The notes: generated by a model from the sequence alone, not told the origin. A DNA stretch of 64,000 nt from Hydrolagus affinis (GCA_012026655.1 JAAILG010000003.1:186001-250000); one strand, 5' to 3'; shown: positions 1 to 13,385, counted from the stretch's first letter. A program made the numbers and translations.

Positions 1-284
1 CAACATACTACAGTAATTAACATATTTTCCAACATTGTAGCTCCCTATTTAGAAGCCAGTTTCCTGATCAATTCTTCTTTCCGAATCCACTTCCATGGAG
101 TGGGGATAAGTGGAATGGCTTGAGATGCAGAAATTGAGGGGGACAAGTGAAAATGCAAATCTACTTACAAAGATAAATTGCTAAACTGAGAATGTAGAAA
201 TGATAACAAAACAAACTCTTTCAGTTCTCTGCTGCTATTGTGGAAATCATTGGAAGCTGATCTGGTGTTGTATCCTGCTGAGTA

Positions 285-365
285 AAGCACTTTACAGTAT
301 ATTTTGTGAAGCACTTTGAGACATCCAGAAGACATAAAGTGCTGTATCGAATGCAAGGATTTTTT
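285..365 (+). mobile_element. 3' fragment of young tRNA-derived SINE (family A)
   Basis: CACTTTACAGTATATTTTGTGAAGCACTTTGAGACATC...AATGCAAGGAT matches the 3' end of the full copies at 32454 and 53540. Confidence 0.8.
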
Positions 366-954
366 TTACTTTACTTCGGATTTACATATCAACAACGAAA
401 ACAACAAGTTGCACTTATATGGAATAACGACATAGAAAACCAACTTTGAGCATCTTAATTTTGTAAACTAATAGAAATTCAAGCTACATTATAAAGCTAG
501 TGAGAAATAAAAGCTCTTATTGAAAATGTGCTCCAAGAAGCTCCGACAGCATTAGACAGTAAATATGGCACACCGAAAACACAAGGGAACAGAATTTGGC
601 TTTCAACCTACTGAGCATCAAGGGAGCAATGCAGTTAATTAAGTCTGTAACTATAGAGCCGTTTAAAACATATTAGGAACAGCATGATTCAGGTATAATT
701 ACAGTATTACCATGGGCATGGGAGGTATCTTCTTTGTAAAGATTTTTGAAACATTGACTTGGTTTGCAATTCTGACACATTTTCCCCCATAATACTACAC
801 CATTTTACAATTCAAACAGTTTTGCGATATGTTCAAATAAAATAAGTGAGCACCAATGAATAGAAGAATATAGATTTGCTCTTGTTTTTCCATAGCGCTC
901 TGCTTCACTATCCTGGGATGGAATGAACAGATGGCAGGTGCTACGAGGGAGGAA

Positions 955-1786
955 GCAATAGAAGTTCATCTCCACATATGGTTTCTCCTCTAGCCCCGCA
1001 CCATCTTATATGGCATTCCTCAGGGCTCCGTCCTTGGTCCCATCCTCTTCAACATCTACATGCTCCCTCTTTGTGACATCATCCACAGAAATGGGGTCAA
1101 CTTCCACATGTACGTGGATGACATCTAACTCTTATCTCTCTGCCTCCAACCTGTACTCTAGGTATACTGCTGTGTTGACACTGTTCTATCAGACATCAAG
1201 TCCTGGATGAGAGGTAACTTTCTTCAGTTGAACATCAACAAGACTGAGGCCATCCTGATTGGCTCCCATCAATGCCTCCACACCTCAGGTGCTCCCAGCA
1301 TCACCATCTACGGATGCACATTCCATCTCACCGAGCTAGTGCGGAACCTTGGCATCTTATTCAACTCTCAACTATCCTTTCTACCCCACATCTGTGCCAT
1401 GACCTGCTCTGGCATCCCCCACCTCCACATCACTGCCCGGCTCTGCCACTGTCTCACACTGCTAACCACCAAACCTCTCATACATGCACTCATAACTTCC
1501 AGGCTTGACTTTGCAAACTCCTTGTTGGCCTCCCCAACTCCTCTCTCCACAGTCTGCAGATCAACCAGAACTCTGCAGCCCGGGTCCTCTCGCACACTAG
1601 GCTCCATGACCATATCATTCCTACTCTCGGTTGACTCCACCTGCTTTCAATCAACCTCCTCCCTCCCTGCCCTCCACTCTCCCCAATCCCTGCTCCCAGC
1701 TCGGGTCCGGAATAATGTCTGTCCTGCATCCTGGGAAGTCCTCCCGATATGAAAGGCACTATATAAATGTAATTATGTTGTTCTTG
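955..1786 (+). mobile_element. L2-clade LINE, 5'-truncated and decayed, with RT remnant and 3' tail
   Basis: Translates GIPQGSVLGPILFNIYM...HMYVDDI* (degenerate YADD), then WMRGNFLQLNINKTEAILIG and LIHALITSRLDFANSLL; ends GTCCTCCCGATATGAAAGGCACTATATAAATGTAATTATGTTGTT; stops, frameshifts and an internal deletion. Confidence 0.9.
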
Positions 1787-3371
1787 TAGATCTTGAGCAT
1801 GTTTTTGTGCACCTCCTGGTGACTGATATTGCAGTATCACAAGAGAGCAGGCTGTTGCCTGCCTGCTCTCTTGCCCTGTTAATAAGCCTTCCCTAGCCAT
1901 TAGGAAGGTATCATTACTGAGCAAAATAGCCACACACAGGGACTTTGAGAACTTGGTCTTAAGCAAAATGAATAGTTGTCACAACACTTACCTCTGAGTT
2001 AGGTTGGGCTGGCAGTTTCTTAGTAGAACAAATTGAAAGTACAACCTTTGTAGTAATCCATTACTTCATTAAACTTATAATTACTCTAGAGGGAGAAAGC
2101 ATGTATGTGAGCTGAGACACAATCTCCATAGGTTTCTCATTAAAAACGGGAATTGCACAGGAAAGGAAGAGAGCTCTGATGTAGGAGCCAAGCGCACGCC
2201 AGATGCAATTTTAAATCAAATAAAACAATCATACCCCTGACTGTCGTGAATTCCTGTTCTGCTGAGGACGTGACTCCCAACTGTTTCAAGAGTAAGAACC
2301 CTTTGAAAAAATTGTTAGATGAAGCACTGTTGAGGGCTGCTTTATTGTGCCCTAGCCATTGCCCTAGTTTTCAAAATGGAAATTTCTGCAGACTCACTTC
2401 CCAATTGACAGAACCCACCCAGATGTGAGTGCCATTTGAAAATGATCCCATTACAATACTGAATGGCGAGGATACCACACATACAAGACTTTTTTTGTGC
2501 AGCAAAAAGGCTTCAAACACCAGGTAAATTACACGTACTCCCAACCACAGGAGCAGAAATAATTAAAATCACTGGCTCAACTATCTGCAAGAGTGTTTCT
2601 GCATCACAGGATTTCACATTCATCAAATTATATAGTAGACATTTTCAGATCATGCAGTGCTGTTCAACACACCCTCACCCCCCACTACCCACGCACCCAC
2701 ACACACACATACACAAACACTAATATTGCATGAGTAAAGCTGCTCAAATATCCGCATAGCTTTACAACTGTACTATCAACCTAAAAATAAATATTAAAAA
2801 CACAATTTAAAATGGATACATTTTAAAGATTTCCTCTATACTCACCATTTTTATGCTGGTTTGTAAGAATCTCCCTCCCAAAACTCTGTCCTATTCTCAA
2901 TTTTGACCTTTTCCATCTTTCTAATCCCTTTTTTTATCTAACTTTTCATTTTAGACTCGTTTCAGACTCTTTACTTTTTGTGTTCTTCTTCACTAGCAGA
3001 GTATGTGCAAGTGGGAAAAGCTGTTTCCAAAGTATTTTTTTTAAAGTTTATCTTTACCTTTATGACCTCCTAACCCCCTACCAACCTATCCGCTCTCACG
3101 TCCCAGTGGAGTGCTTCACGACCTCCACCTTGCCCACCCCACCAGCCTCTCTGGAACTCCATATTACCCCTACTGATCCCAACCTCCTGCTCAGGTCAGC
3201 CGATGAGCCACGCTGGCGGTGCTGTCACCAACAGTTCTCCGGAATACTGCGGACCTGCCTGGCTCAGTAATTGGACAACCATGGCTGGCACAGAGGGCTG
3301 GCTGGATTCCAACATTCCATTGTCATGCGTGTCACCTTGGAGCCAGTTGGGCTCCAAGGAAACCCCGCTTA

Positions 3372-3435
3372 CAACAGCAACAAATTACATTTATACAGCG
3401 CTTTTCACATCAGGAGGACATCCCAAGGCACTGTA
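3372..3435 (-). mobile_element. Isolated L2 3' tail
   Basis: CAACAGCAACAAATTACATTTATACAGCGCTTTTCACATCAGGAGGACATCCCAAGG is the reverse complement of the L2 terminus. Confidence 0.8.
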
Positions 3436-3649
3436 ACTTACCTTCTCCCCACCGCGCATCCCAAGGATAATAGTTGTTTGAAATCTGACAAGTGTGGGTT
3501 CGAACCCTCATGAGGTGGATGATAGGTACCTTCCCTGTGAGCTTCCCGAAGGGGTTACAAACTTGGACTCCAGGTAACGCCTTCCAGCAGCCGTCGTCCT
3601 AAGCCTCAGAGTTTTCTTATCAGCTACCTGGTAGGTATCTGCCTTCAGT

Positions 3650-4050
3650 GTGGTGGGAGGATCTTTATTTGCCAACTTTTATGTACTAGCCACTTTGATG
3701 CTCTTGAGGTCCAAGTCTAATGTCTTGCCAACAGACTGCATTGTGAAGCCACCTCCACCTTTAGGGCGCATAACGACAGGCCAGTGTCAGCCCAGGCCCC
3801 CTCTCTCTCTCTGTAGCTGATTCCCACAAAACCTCCTTCACTGCTTGATCCTGGATGTTGCAGAAGGGTCGGAGTAAGTCGCGTCGCTGTATCCTCAGGA
3901 ACTCAGATCTATAAAGGAGGATTATTTGCACACAGCTCTTATAGGGTACAAGCTTGACCTTCATTGGGACCCTGCTTTCCTTGAAAAAGGATGACCACGA
4001 CAAGAGTGCCTTTCGCACCTTGTCAGTGCAATCCTTCAGCATGTGTGGAG
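3650..4050 (-). mobile_element. Decayed RTE-clade LINE ORF fragment
   Basis: Minus-strand peptide KVKLVPYKSCVQIILLYRSEFLRIQRRDL resembles the RTE post-RT motif (K..LY...V...LLYGSE.W); boundaries approximate. Confidence 0.5.
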
Positions 4051-5346
4051 TAAGGCAAGTTGCCTGAAGTTTCACAGAATAGCACGTCTGACAATGCAAC
4101 GCTTCCGTGCCACTAAGTTGGAGTGTCAGTCTAGACCATGGGTTCAGTCAATGAAAATGCAAAAAAAACAAAACACAGGTGAATGATGTCGGTGAATATT
4201 CCATTGGTTTCCCTCGGACGCAATGGAGTGTCCCATGCTGTGATGATTATCACTCCCTGTATTTTTTCAACCGCAAGGAACTGCTGAGAATGAGATGCAG
4301 TAAAAGAGTCTATATTTATAAACCAACAAGAGGGAGACTTGGCAAGTCTAGTTGACGTCCCTCATTCCCTTCCCCCCCCACCACCCCACCGTGCACTGGT
4401 GTGACATTTCTATTTGCAAAATCAATTATCCTTGCAGCCTTTCTAAGTGACACTGTCAATTTTGCTGCAATCAGTGCAGAATTGTAAGCAGTATTTGATA
4501 GAGGTTGTTCAAAAAGTTTTTTTTCCAAAAAAACATAAGGCTGTCTCTGAAGCCATAGAAATTTCCATATTTTATAGACCAATTAACTGGTGCAATATAA
4601 TGGGAAAAAATACAGCAAAGGCAACAACTACGGTAAGTAGTTTAAGAACCCCTATACATTTCTTCTTTTGGGTATTGTGTTGGAGATAGGCAGAGGTGAT
4701 TGGCTTAAATAAATTGTCACCTTTTATTTTATTTGAAGTCCAATAATCCAAGATATTTGAATGAATCCTTACTCTCCTGATCCTTATTGGTGAGACCAGT
4801 TTTCAGGTTTTCAGCTGGCAAGCAGTTAAGTCCTGAATTGAAGGTGTTAAGCAGTGTGCTTGAACTGGACTCTTCTTGCAGATACATTGCTACTGTGCGA
4901 AGGACAAAAGAGATTTCCCAGCCAACTACAAAATGGGTGAATTCAATGAGATGTAATCACTGTGAGCTCCTAGCCACCCCAGCCATCTCTGAATGGTCTA
5001 ACTGTTAGACCATTCAGACTCGAACAGCATGTTTGTATCCATGGTGACAAGCCACTTGAAACTGATCTTTGGGAATTCTCATTGCAAGACCGGATTGGGG
5101 AGAGAGAGAGAGACAGACTATGGAAGAAGAGGAAGTTTGGGAATCATCCATCTTCTTTCCCAGTTTTCTCAGATGTTGAGCCATCTCTGGATACCAGACT
5201 GGCCGGGGTTGAAACCCACTTCGAAGTACAAGGTCTATGTATGAGAACAGAGTTTGTGGATGATTATAATCATATTAAACATTGCATTTGATAGAGTGCA
5301 TTTCACATCAGGTGGATGCTTCAAAGCATCTCATGGGATTTAGTGT

Positions 5347-5700
5347 AAACAAAAACAACAGATTTACATTTGTATAGTGCCTTTCACATCCAGAGAGCTG
5401 TCCCAAGGCGCTGGACAGTCAATGTTTTGGACCCAAGGTGAAGGGCAAGAATGGGGATAGTGGAGGGTAGGGGATGAAAAGAGGGTGATCAAAAGCACAG
5501 TCAAAGTGGAGAGTCTTCAAATGGGTGTTGAAGGAGGCGAGGAGAGGGATGGAGTTCCACAGGGAAGGCGCAGATTGCCTGAAGGCTCGTCTGCCAATCG
5601 TGGGATAAGGCAGGGTACGTGAAGCAGGCCGGAGCCTGCTAAGCAGAGGGGCAAGCAGGTCGGTAGGGGGTTAGGTAGTTGCAGAGAAGAGTAGATGGAA
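5347..5700 (-). mobile_element. L2 LINE 3' fragment
   Basis: L2 tail at 5347-5415 followed by ORF2 C-terminal remnant (SGLLHVP...). Confidence 0.8.
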
Positions 5701-5824
5701 AAATGCACTTCGGCGCAGGCAATTTAAAGACTGTAGTTTATAGGCAAATGTAACAGTCAATGTACTTACTATAAACAGCCATGATTATGAATGAATGAAT
5801 GAATCAATCAATCAATTTTAACAT

Positions 5825-6028
5825 AATGCCATGCAATATTTAACATCCACATGAACAGAAAGTGGGCTTCAGTTTAATGTCTCATACAAAGGTTGTCACC
5901 CTCTAACAATAGAGTACACAATAGAGTGTCAGCCTGGCCAAGGCTATAGAAGCTTAAAGTCCTGAGATGAGGGTTTGAATTCACAAACTTCAGACTCAGA
6001 TGTAAGAGTGCTGTTGATTAGGCCAGGC
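5825..6028 (-). mobile_element. Old SacSINE1-like DeuSINE fragment (family B)
   Basis: Reverse complement contains CAGCACTCTTACATCTGAGTCTGAAG...GGCTGACACTC...TGAGACATTAAACTGAAG...GTGGATGTTAAA, similar to copies at 30100 and 33372. Confidence 0.6.
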
Positions 6029-6662
6029 ATATATGTAATCAAAATGATGCATTAATGTGAAGCCAGGAACAGTATATAGCCTAAGTACAATCACTGAAGA
6101 AGATAAATAAAGTCACAATCCAAATAATTTTTATGAATCGCCCCAGTTAAAAATAAATAGGAATATCTCTTGACATCTCTTTGATATTTTCAAAAAATAC
6201 TGATGACATTAATGGCAGGGTTTTATTATAAACTGACATGCAGTTGACAAGGAAGTGTTTACTTGTAATTTGTGAATAGCATTAAAGTCATGTACTGTAA
6301 GCAATAAAATTCAGTAACCAGTAATTAACCATGCCCACTTACTTGGAGGCAGTCAATCACTGACCTAATGCTTTCCGATTTGGGGAAGCGCTTCAATAAA
6401 TGAGAAAATCATGTCAAATTGCATTAGTTGTTTCTGGTTTTAGCACTAAATAATGCCCCAAACACCATTTGTCACAAACAAACTGCCCTGGAAATTTACT
6501 GTGTAAGCAAGTATTCAGAAGACAATAATAATCATCATTTGACTGACTTTCAATGATGGTCAAATGAACTGTAGCACGGCTCTAATGATTGCAGATGCTA
6601 TTGAGGTGTACTCTCCCCCAGACTCTCTTCAAATATTGGTAAGATTTTCACCTAATGCAACT

Positions 6663-7115
6663 GATACAACAACAACATCTTGGATTTATGTAGTGCACTC
6701 CATACCGAACTGTGTCTCAGAGCGCTTCCCAATAACAGATCCTGGGGCTGAGCCAGGGGGAGGGGGAAGAAGGTGACTGAATCGTGGTCAAAAAGAAAGG
6801 TCTTTAGCCAAGACCTCAAAATAGGAAAGGAGGGGGCGAGGCGAAGGGAGTGAGGAAGGATGTTCCAGAGCCTCGGGGCATAGCGGCTGAAGGCACGGCC
6901 ACCGATGGTGGAGCGGCAGATTCGGGGGACAAAGAAGAGGCCAGACCCGGTGGAGCGAAGGCAATGGGTACTGTTGTGAGGAGAGAGGAGGTCAGAAAGG
7001 TAGGGGGCGTGCAGAGGGGTGGAGGGATTTAAATACAAACATGAGGATCTTGAAATCGCTCCTCTCCGGGACAGGGAGCCAGTGCCGTCTGGCAAGGACT
7101 GGGGAAATCAGGGAG
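6663..7115 (-). mobile_element. L2 LINE 3' fragment, second subfamily with a different tail
   Basis: Minus peptide APYLSDLL...LRSTGSGL..VPR....IGGRAFSRYAPRLWNILP.SLR......LKTFLF is a typical L2 ORF2 C-terminus; (GTT)n-like tail at about 6665. Confidence 0.85.
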
Positions 7116-7864
7116 CGGATACATTTCAAACTCTCGCTATTCATTTTGATCATCAATACTGTACAGGAAAGTAGCACCTGAGGAATGTAGAACCTCGGAA
7201 TGCATTGCATTTCAGCAAAAGAGCAATGGACAGTGAGGAATATTAGTCTGATGTGCATTCAACATCAACAGCTTGCATTTCTATAACACAGGGGATGGTG
7301 GTGTGGGAATGAGAACTGCAGGATGATTAATTAGGTTAAAATTTTAGAGTTGAAAATGCGAGCCTTCAGCCACTCTGCCCCGAACCTCTAGAATTCCATC
7401 CTGCAATCCCTCCTCCTCACCCCATCCCTAAGCTTCCTTCAAGTCCTGCCTCAAAACCCTCCTCTTCAATGGGTCCTATTGGTCACCCCAATTTTTTTTT
7501 TGTTGTTGTTAATTATCACCATTCATGTATATCACATCTCGGGAAAAATATGGTCAAGCTATTCAACACTGGCTCAGCCCAAGGCTGCCCCAAAACACTG
7601 ATGAAATCCTTTGCTGTTGTCACCTGACTGGCATTTGACCGATATCAGCTTAACTCTGAGAACTGTTACCAATTATAACCAGGAATAAATACATCACATG
7701 AATCACATATTGCATTTTCATTCCCTACAATCTAGCTTTAATTGTGCCTTGCTCATCGGAAAGAGATGCTACCCAGCATAGAAGGCGCTATACAAGTGCA
7801 AGCGTTTGATGCTGTTATTGTGTTGCTGAAAGCAAAGGAGAGGGAATACACTGAAATCCTTGGT

Positions 7865-8150
7865 TTGGCAACATCCCAAAGCTATCCAGGCTAAGGCTAG
7901 TCTGATCACTGGCCTAGAGAGCAAATATTAGTTTGGTTCACATCATACCTCAGTCCATAACTATTCTTACCTAAAGCCACACACTGAATTTCCAGCAGGG
8001 GTGCCACAGGAAAGAGATCAGGTGCTACTCATCTTGTGATTCCCCCTCCCCCCCGCACTTAATCTAGGCTATTTGCTGCCCAGTTTTTGTGCTCCCAGCT
8101 GAGATCAGCTGTTTAGCAGAGAACAACGATTTAACCTGGCATCTTGAGTT
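7865..8150 (-). mobile_element. Ancient AmnSINE2-like SINE fragment (family C)
   Basis: TTTCCAGCAGGGGT...GATCAGG...CCCAGCTGAGATCAGCTG..TAGCAGAGA matches the recalled AmnSINE2-type consensus; related copies at 17800, 21105 and 59170. Confidence 0.55.
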
Positions 8151-8519
8151 CACACTGGAAAGCGCTTATTAAAGTATTTCACATCAAGCCACAGTTTAGT
8201 TCCTTGTATGAAGCACAAATTCTGCACAAGCCACTCACATACAGAACTCAGTATAAATAATTTTTTGGACCATTTTTGCTTACTGTATACAACAATAACT
8301 GACTGTATTTACATAGAGCCCTTCATCCCTTGGGATGCCCTCACGAGATGAAAGGTGCTCCATAAATGTCATTTTGTTGTTGTTCACACGAGGTAACATT
8401 CCAGAATGCTCGACAGTGGTGGAGTCTGACAACAGCATAAACTTCCTAAATAATGTTAGCTTGAATTATTTATTTTGCTGAGAAGTAAGCACCGATAATT
8501 ACTCCTGACTTTTAACCAC

Positions 8520-8740
8520 ATGGCCTGTATACTACCAGCATCAGTGCCTTTGCATTATTTGAGAAGTTAAACCGATTAAGTTCAAATTTTATTTGGAATG
8601 GTAAACCACCAGTAATTGGTTTTAAGAAGATTACACAACTCAGAGGACAGAGGAGACTTAGCCTGCCCAACATGCAATTAAGTTACTTGCTTTTCGCAGC
8701 AGGGAGAACACTCTGTGGTTGGATGCTGGACATATATTCC
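8520..8740 (+). mobile_element. Decayed L1/Tx1-clade ORF2 fragment
   Basis: Translates FEKLNRLSSNFIWNGKPPVIGFKKITQLRGQRRLSLPNMQLSY, matching the L1 motif F..L.....FIW.GK.P.I......GGL.LPN...YY. Confidence 0.65.
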
Positions 8741-9322
8741 TACTTTTAGAGCAGGAGCCATCTGGGGAGGGGAGAGGTTAAAGTGCTTTACATGCCTTTA
8801 CTTCTCTTAGCAAATCTCCTTATTTTCTAATTTGAAGAATGCTATATTATTATCATTATCACTGATATTATGAGATTGATAGTTCTGCTTGAAAATATTT
8901 GAATGTAACATTTTGTAGGGGTCTGCCTACAAAATACACAGGTGCTTCAGTTTACAGTATATCATATAAAGCACTTTAAAACCTCAACCTAATGTGAGAG
9001 GTGTTACAATAACAAAAACAACAAATTGCATTTATGCAGCAATTTTCTTGTGGAAGGACACATCATTTCAAGTCACAGTTTAGTTCTTTGTATGAAGCAC
9101 AAATTCTGCACAAGCCACTCACAAAATTATAAATATTTTTTCTGACCATTTTTGCTAACTCCTTCAATTTTTGGACTACTTCAATTGCAAGGATTATTAT
9201 TATTATTAAATAGGCAGTGACCTCTAATTTTAGCAGAGAATCTGAATGGGATCTTCTTCCATTAACTCCAAGTGAATTGCACACCACAATCATGCCATAT
9301 AGGAACCCCACTCACGCTGAAA

Positions 9323-10465
9323 ATAGATAGAATCATAGAATTTTACGGCACAAAAGGAGGCCATTCGGCCCATCTAGTCTATGCCAGCTCTTTGAAAAGA
9401 GCAACTCAATCACCCTGCCCCGCTCTCTCCCCATAACCTAATAAACCTGTTCTCCCTAAATAAAGATCTAATTCTCTTTTAAAAGCTGTTATCGAATCGG
9501 CCTCATTTCTTCTCCCAAAATGCATCACCTCACACTTCTCTGCATTAAACTTCATCTGCCATGTGTCTTCCCACTTTACCATTTTATCTATATCTTCTTG
9601 CAGATGGTTACTATCCTCCTCACTATTTACTATTCTCCCTAACCTAGTATCATCAGCAAACTTGGAAACTATGCTCCCTACACCTAAGTCCAGATCGTTA
9701 ATATATATATTAAAAAGAGCAATGGTCCCAGTACTGATCCCTGGGGGTCACCACTGTACACTTCCCTCCAGTCTGAAAAACAGCCACTCACCACAACTCT
9801 TTGCTTTCTGTCTCGCAGCCAGTTGTGGATCCATGCTGCCACTGTCCCTTTAACGCCGCGGGCCTCTACTTTCCTAATAAGCCTCTCATTTTGTCAAATG
9901 CCTTTCGAAAGTCCATATAAACTACATTAACTGCGCTACCCTCGTCCACCCATTCCTTTACCTCATCGAAAAATTCTATCAGATTTGTAAGGAAAGATTT
10001 GCCTTTAACAAATCCATGCTGGCTGTCCTTTATTAGCCTATATCTTTTTAAGTGAAGATCTATCTTGTCGCTGATTATAGATTGTAGAATTTTGCCCACT
10101 ACCGATGTTAGACTGACTGGCCTGCAGTTCCCAGCTTTGTCCTTCTACCCCTTTTTATACAGGGGAGTAACATTCGCAACCTTCCAGTCCTCTGGCACCA
10201 CCCCTGTGTCCAAGGAAGATTGAAAGATTGTGGCCAGAGTCTCTGCTATTTGCTCCCGTACTTCACTTATTAACCTAGAATGCACCCCATCCAGACCGGG
10301 TGACTTATCTACCTTAAGTGCCGTCAACCTTTTTAGTACTTCCTCTCTGTTTATGCTAATCCTATCCATTCCTTCTACCCTCTCCTCCAATACTGTAGCA
10401 TTGGCTGCATCCTCTTCTCTTGTGAAGACAGAGGCAAAGTACTCATTCAATACATCAGCCATGCC
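9323..10465 (-). mobile_element. CR1 LINE, 5'-truncated and internally deleted
   Basis: Peptides LNEYFASVFT, KSPGLDGVH, VPEDWKVANVTPLYKKG, SQHGFVKGKS.LTNLIEFF, VYMDFRKAFDK; (ATTCTATG)-type tail at 9327-9341. Confidence 0.95.
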
Positions 10466-12037
10466 AGATCATGGCAGAGCAAAATTCCCATTTCTTTATT
10501 AAGGAACCTCATTAGGGATCACCACACATTAGACCCCAATTAACTGAGCATCACCATCTCAAAATGCTTTGGGGCTTTGATATGAGAAAGTTAATTTTTT
10601 AAAAACGGCACGCAGATTAGAAAGATTTAAGGGTCGAGTTTATTTGTAAAACTATCACTGCCCAGACCACAAGTAACTCTTGCCAGAATAACATATTTGC
10701 GAGACCAAAAGATGGTCCTTTTTAAAAAGTACTTTATTAAACGGAAGCAAAAAACTTTAATCATCCCCCAATAATTGTTTTCAGTTTGAGAATGAAAATC
10801 ATTCCAAAATCATTCAAAGCATTTGAAAAGCCCTGTAAAATGTGGTAAGTGGGTTATTAATATTTAAGTTAATTAGAAAAGGATATTAATGAGGTTCTGG
10901 CATACAGCCAGTTCTCCCTGTGGCAAGTTATCATTTGAACTTCTTCATCTTCTACTCCATGCTCCACAAATCTCTTAAATTCATGTCTCCCCTCCAAACC
11001 AGATTCCCTTTTCCACTACAATGTTTGGCAGCACAACAGTATAATTTTTCCTTTGTTTATCAAGGTGTATTGCGAATATGCCCCTTAATAAATCACTCAC
11101 ATTAATCCCTAGGTATTCCTACAGTCTAACCTTGTGCTTGCATAGAACTAAAGGACACCCTGCAAATTATTGGCCTATAGTTGATTCCTCAGTAAATACA
11201 GTGATTGTGATGCCCATAGGATAAAATTGGTCATATGAACACCCTAGATACTGAGAGTAACCGTTTTAGTTTTAATTCCTCCAGTATTATTTGCTTGTTC
11301 ATGGCATGGAATCCCTTTATTTATAATAAACAGTTGTCTATTTGTGAGCAAACTCTAGACACTGCAGTGGATTTAGTCTATTCCTTCAAATGAGTGGGTG
11401 TTGGCTAAGGACGGGATTGAGCTCAATAATGTATTGCTGGATAATAACACATTTTTAAAAATCCAGAATGTATTCCTAAAATAGGTTCACGAATATTGTA
11501 TATTTGTGGAAAATAATCTGAAATAATTTCACAATACTGTGCCACAAATATCAATCTCTATTGCTATGTAATTCCAATCAATGCAAGGATAATTACTCAA
11601 GCTTCAGGCCAGCAGACTGTTTACACCACAGAGAGTCTAAAGAGATCTTAGTTCAGATTTCATCTCTGATGTACAAGTTCAGTAAACTACTGGTTTTGCA
11701 ATGTAAAGTCTTCAGGAATTTAATTTGGGATGAACTTGGCAATGTAAGTAAAGGTGTCATTAGAAGAAATAGAAATGAGATCTATCAGCAGAGCAGTGTC
11801 AAGACAGGGATTTGAAATTGAAATGTTAAACTAATTATTATCATCAATTAATATTTAGATGATTGTTCTATTAAATCAACATTAATTATTTACTAAATTA
11901 AATTACTAAATTACTCACTTTTTAATTTCCTTTCCCTCATTTATTTTTCCCGTTCTTTTCTTCCCTTCTCCCACCCTCCAATTTTCATTTATTAAAAAAA
12001 ACACTATTTTTATTTTGATTGGATTTCAGCAACATTA

Positions 12038-12357
12038 AATAATAATAATAATAATATAATAATAATAATTGCATTTGATATAGCACTTTTCATGTGTTCT
12101 GGACGTCTCAAAGCGCTTCACAGAATATACCGTAAAGTGAATTGACTGTATTTTTGTGGGCAAAATGTGGTAGCTGTTTGTGTCTCACAAACAGATGTGG
12201 ATTGAAATGACCAATTTATTATTGTTTTTTATTTTTCAGCAATTATTATTGGGCATGTGGAGTAAGGAAACTTGCCCAAGGATTCGTCCTGTCTTGAATT
12301 GAACCTAATTGTCTCACTTGCTAGGTGAGTGCTCTAACCACTAAGCTTCAGGACTCC
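12038..12357 (-). mobile_element. Near full-length family A tRNA SINE with (ATT)n tail
   Basis: Minus-strand head GGAGTCCTGAAGCTTAGTGGTTAGAGCACTC...GGTTCAATTC (A and B boxes); (AAT)n at 12038-12068. Confidence 0.9.
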
Positions 12358-13174
12358 AGTCCAATTTGTCTCTGGGAGTACTGTGAGAGTCAATATGTTT
12401 ATTGTCTGTTTTTTAATATGTTGCTCATTGCATCTTACATTAATTGTTCAACTGTAAGCGAATTAATTGCTAAGATCTGAACTTCTTGCAGAATCATGAA
12501 TAAACACAACATTACAAGCACATTCTGACAAGGGGGAAATGTCTCTAAACGTTTATTTTTCAAATGACACCAACCCTTCGCTGAGAAGAAAGAAACGGTG
12601 GTGTCCTTTGACATTACCAAGCATTTTACTTTCAGTGCCTCACTTTTACAGTTCCTCTGAGCTTAGCCTTCGAATATTACTACTGTAATTAGTTTCTCCT
12701 CACTGCCCACCTCCTTTGTGGATCACCAGCTTCAAAAATGTTTCAACTTATATTGCTTTTTTTTAAAAACAGTGGCTTCAGAAATAAACTTCCCGATACA
12801 TTTCCTGTTTTTCTATTTTATTAAGCAGGAAAGGACATTGTCTAATTCTCTCGAAGTGAACTGGGATAGAACATGATGGAATTAGGGTATTAGAAATTGG
12901 TTATTCCACAGCAGGTCCAGATAGAATAACCTAGATCTCCTCAACCTCCAATGCAATAAACGTGGATGTCTATTGTTGTTGTCAGATCACACCTTTACAG
13001 AATGATTTCTTCAGTGTTTCATGATTAATGGGCTCATTCAGTCTCTAGTAGAGACTCAAGACCAAAACTAGTCTAGGAAAATGCAGAGACTGGTGTGTAC
13101 TGCTCACAGATCACTAAAAGTAGTGATCTTGTTTTGATGCATACTTATATTGAGAAATCCATAAGTCACTATCT

Positions 13175-13385
13175 CTCTTCGGAGTCCTTTCAACGAGACT
13201 TTAAATCAAAATTGCATTTGTCTATTCAGCTGGATGTTAAAGATCCCATGGTACTACCCAGGTAAAATTGTATCATTTACTGTTTGTGGCAATTATTGTG
13301 TGCAAATTGGCTGCTGCCTTGATAGTAAATCCAATGAAGTGGTTTGATACATTCTCCCAATTTGAAAGCCGTGTATAAAGCGCAA
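13175..13385 (+). mobile_element. Family B DeuSINE fragment
   Basis: CAGCTGGATGTTAAAGATCCCATGG...CTGTTTGTGG...TGTGTGCAAATTGGCTGCTGC. Confidence 0.6.

Noticed and set aside
1207-1752. 181-aa ORF and overlapping ORFs
   Set aside because: These are frames of a decayed L2 element with stops and frameshifts.
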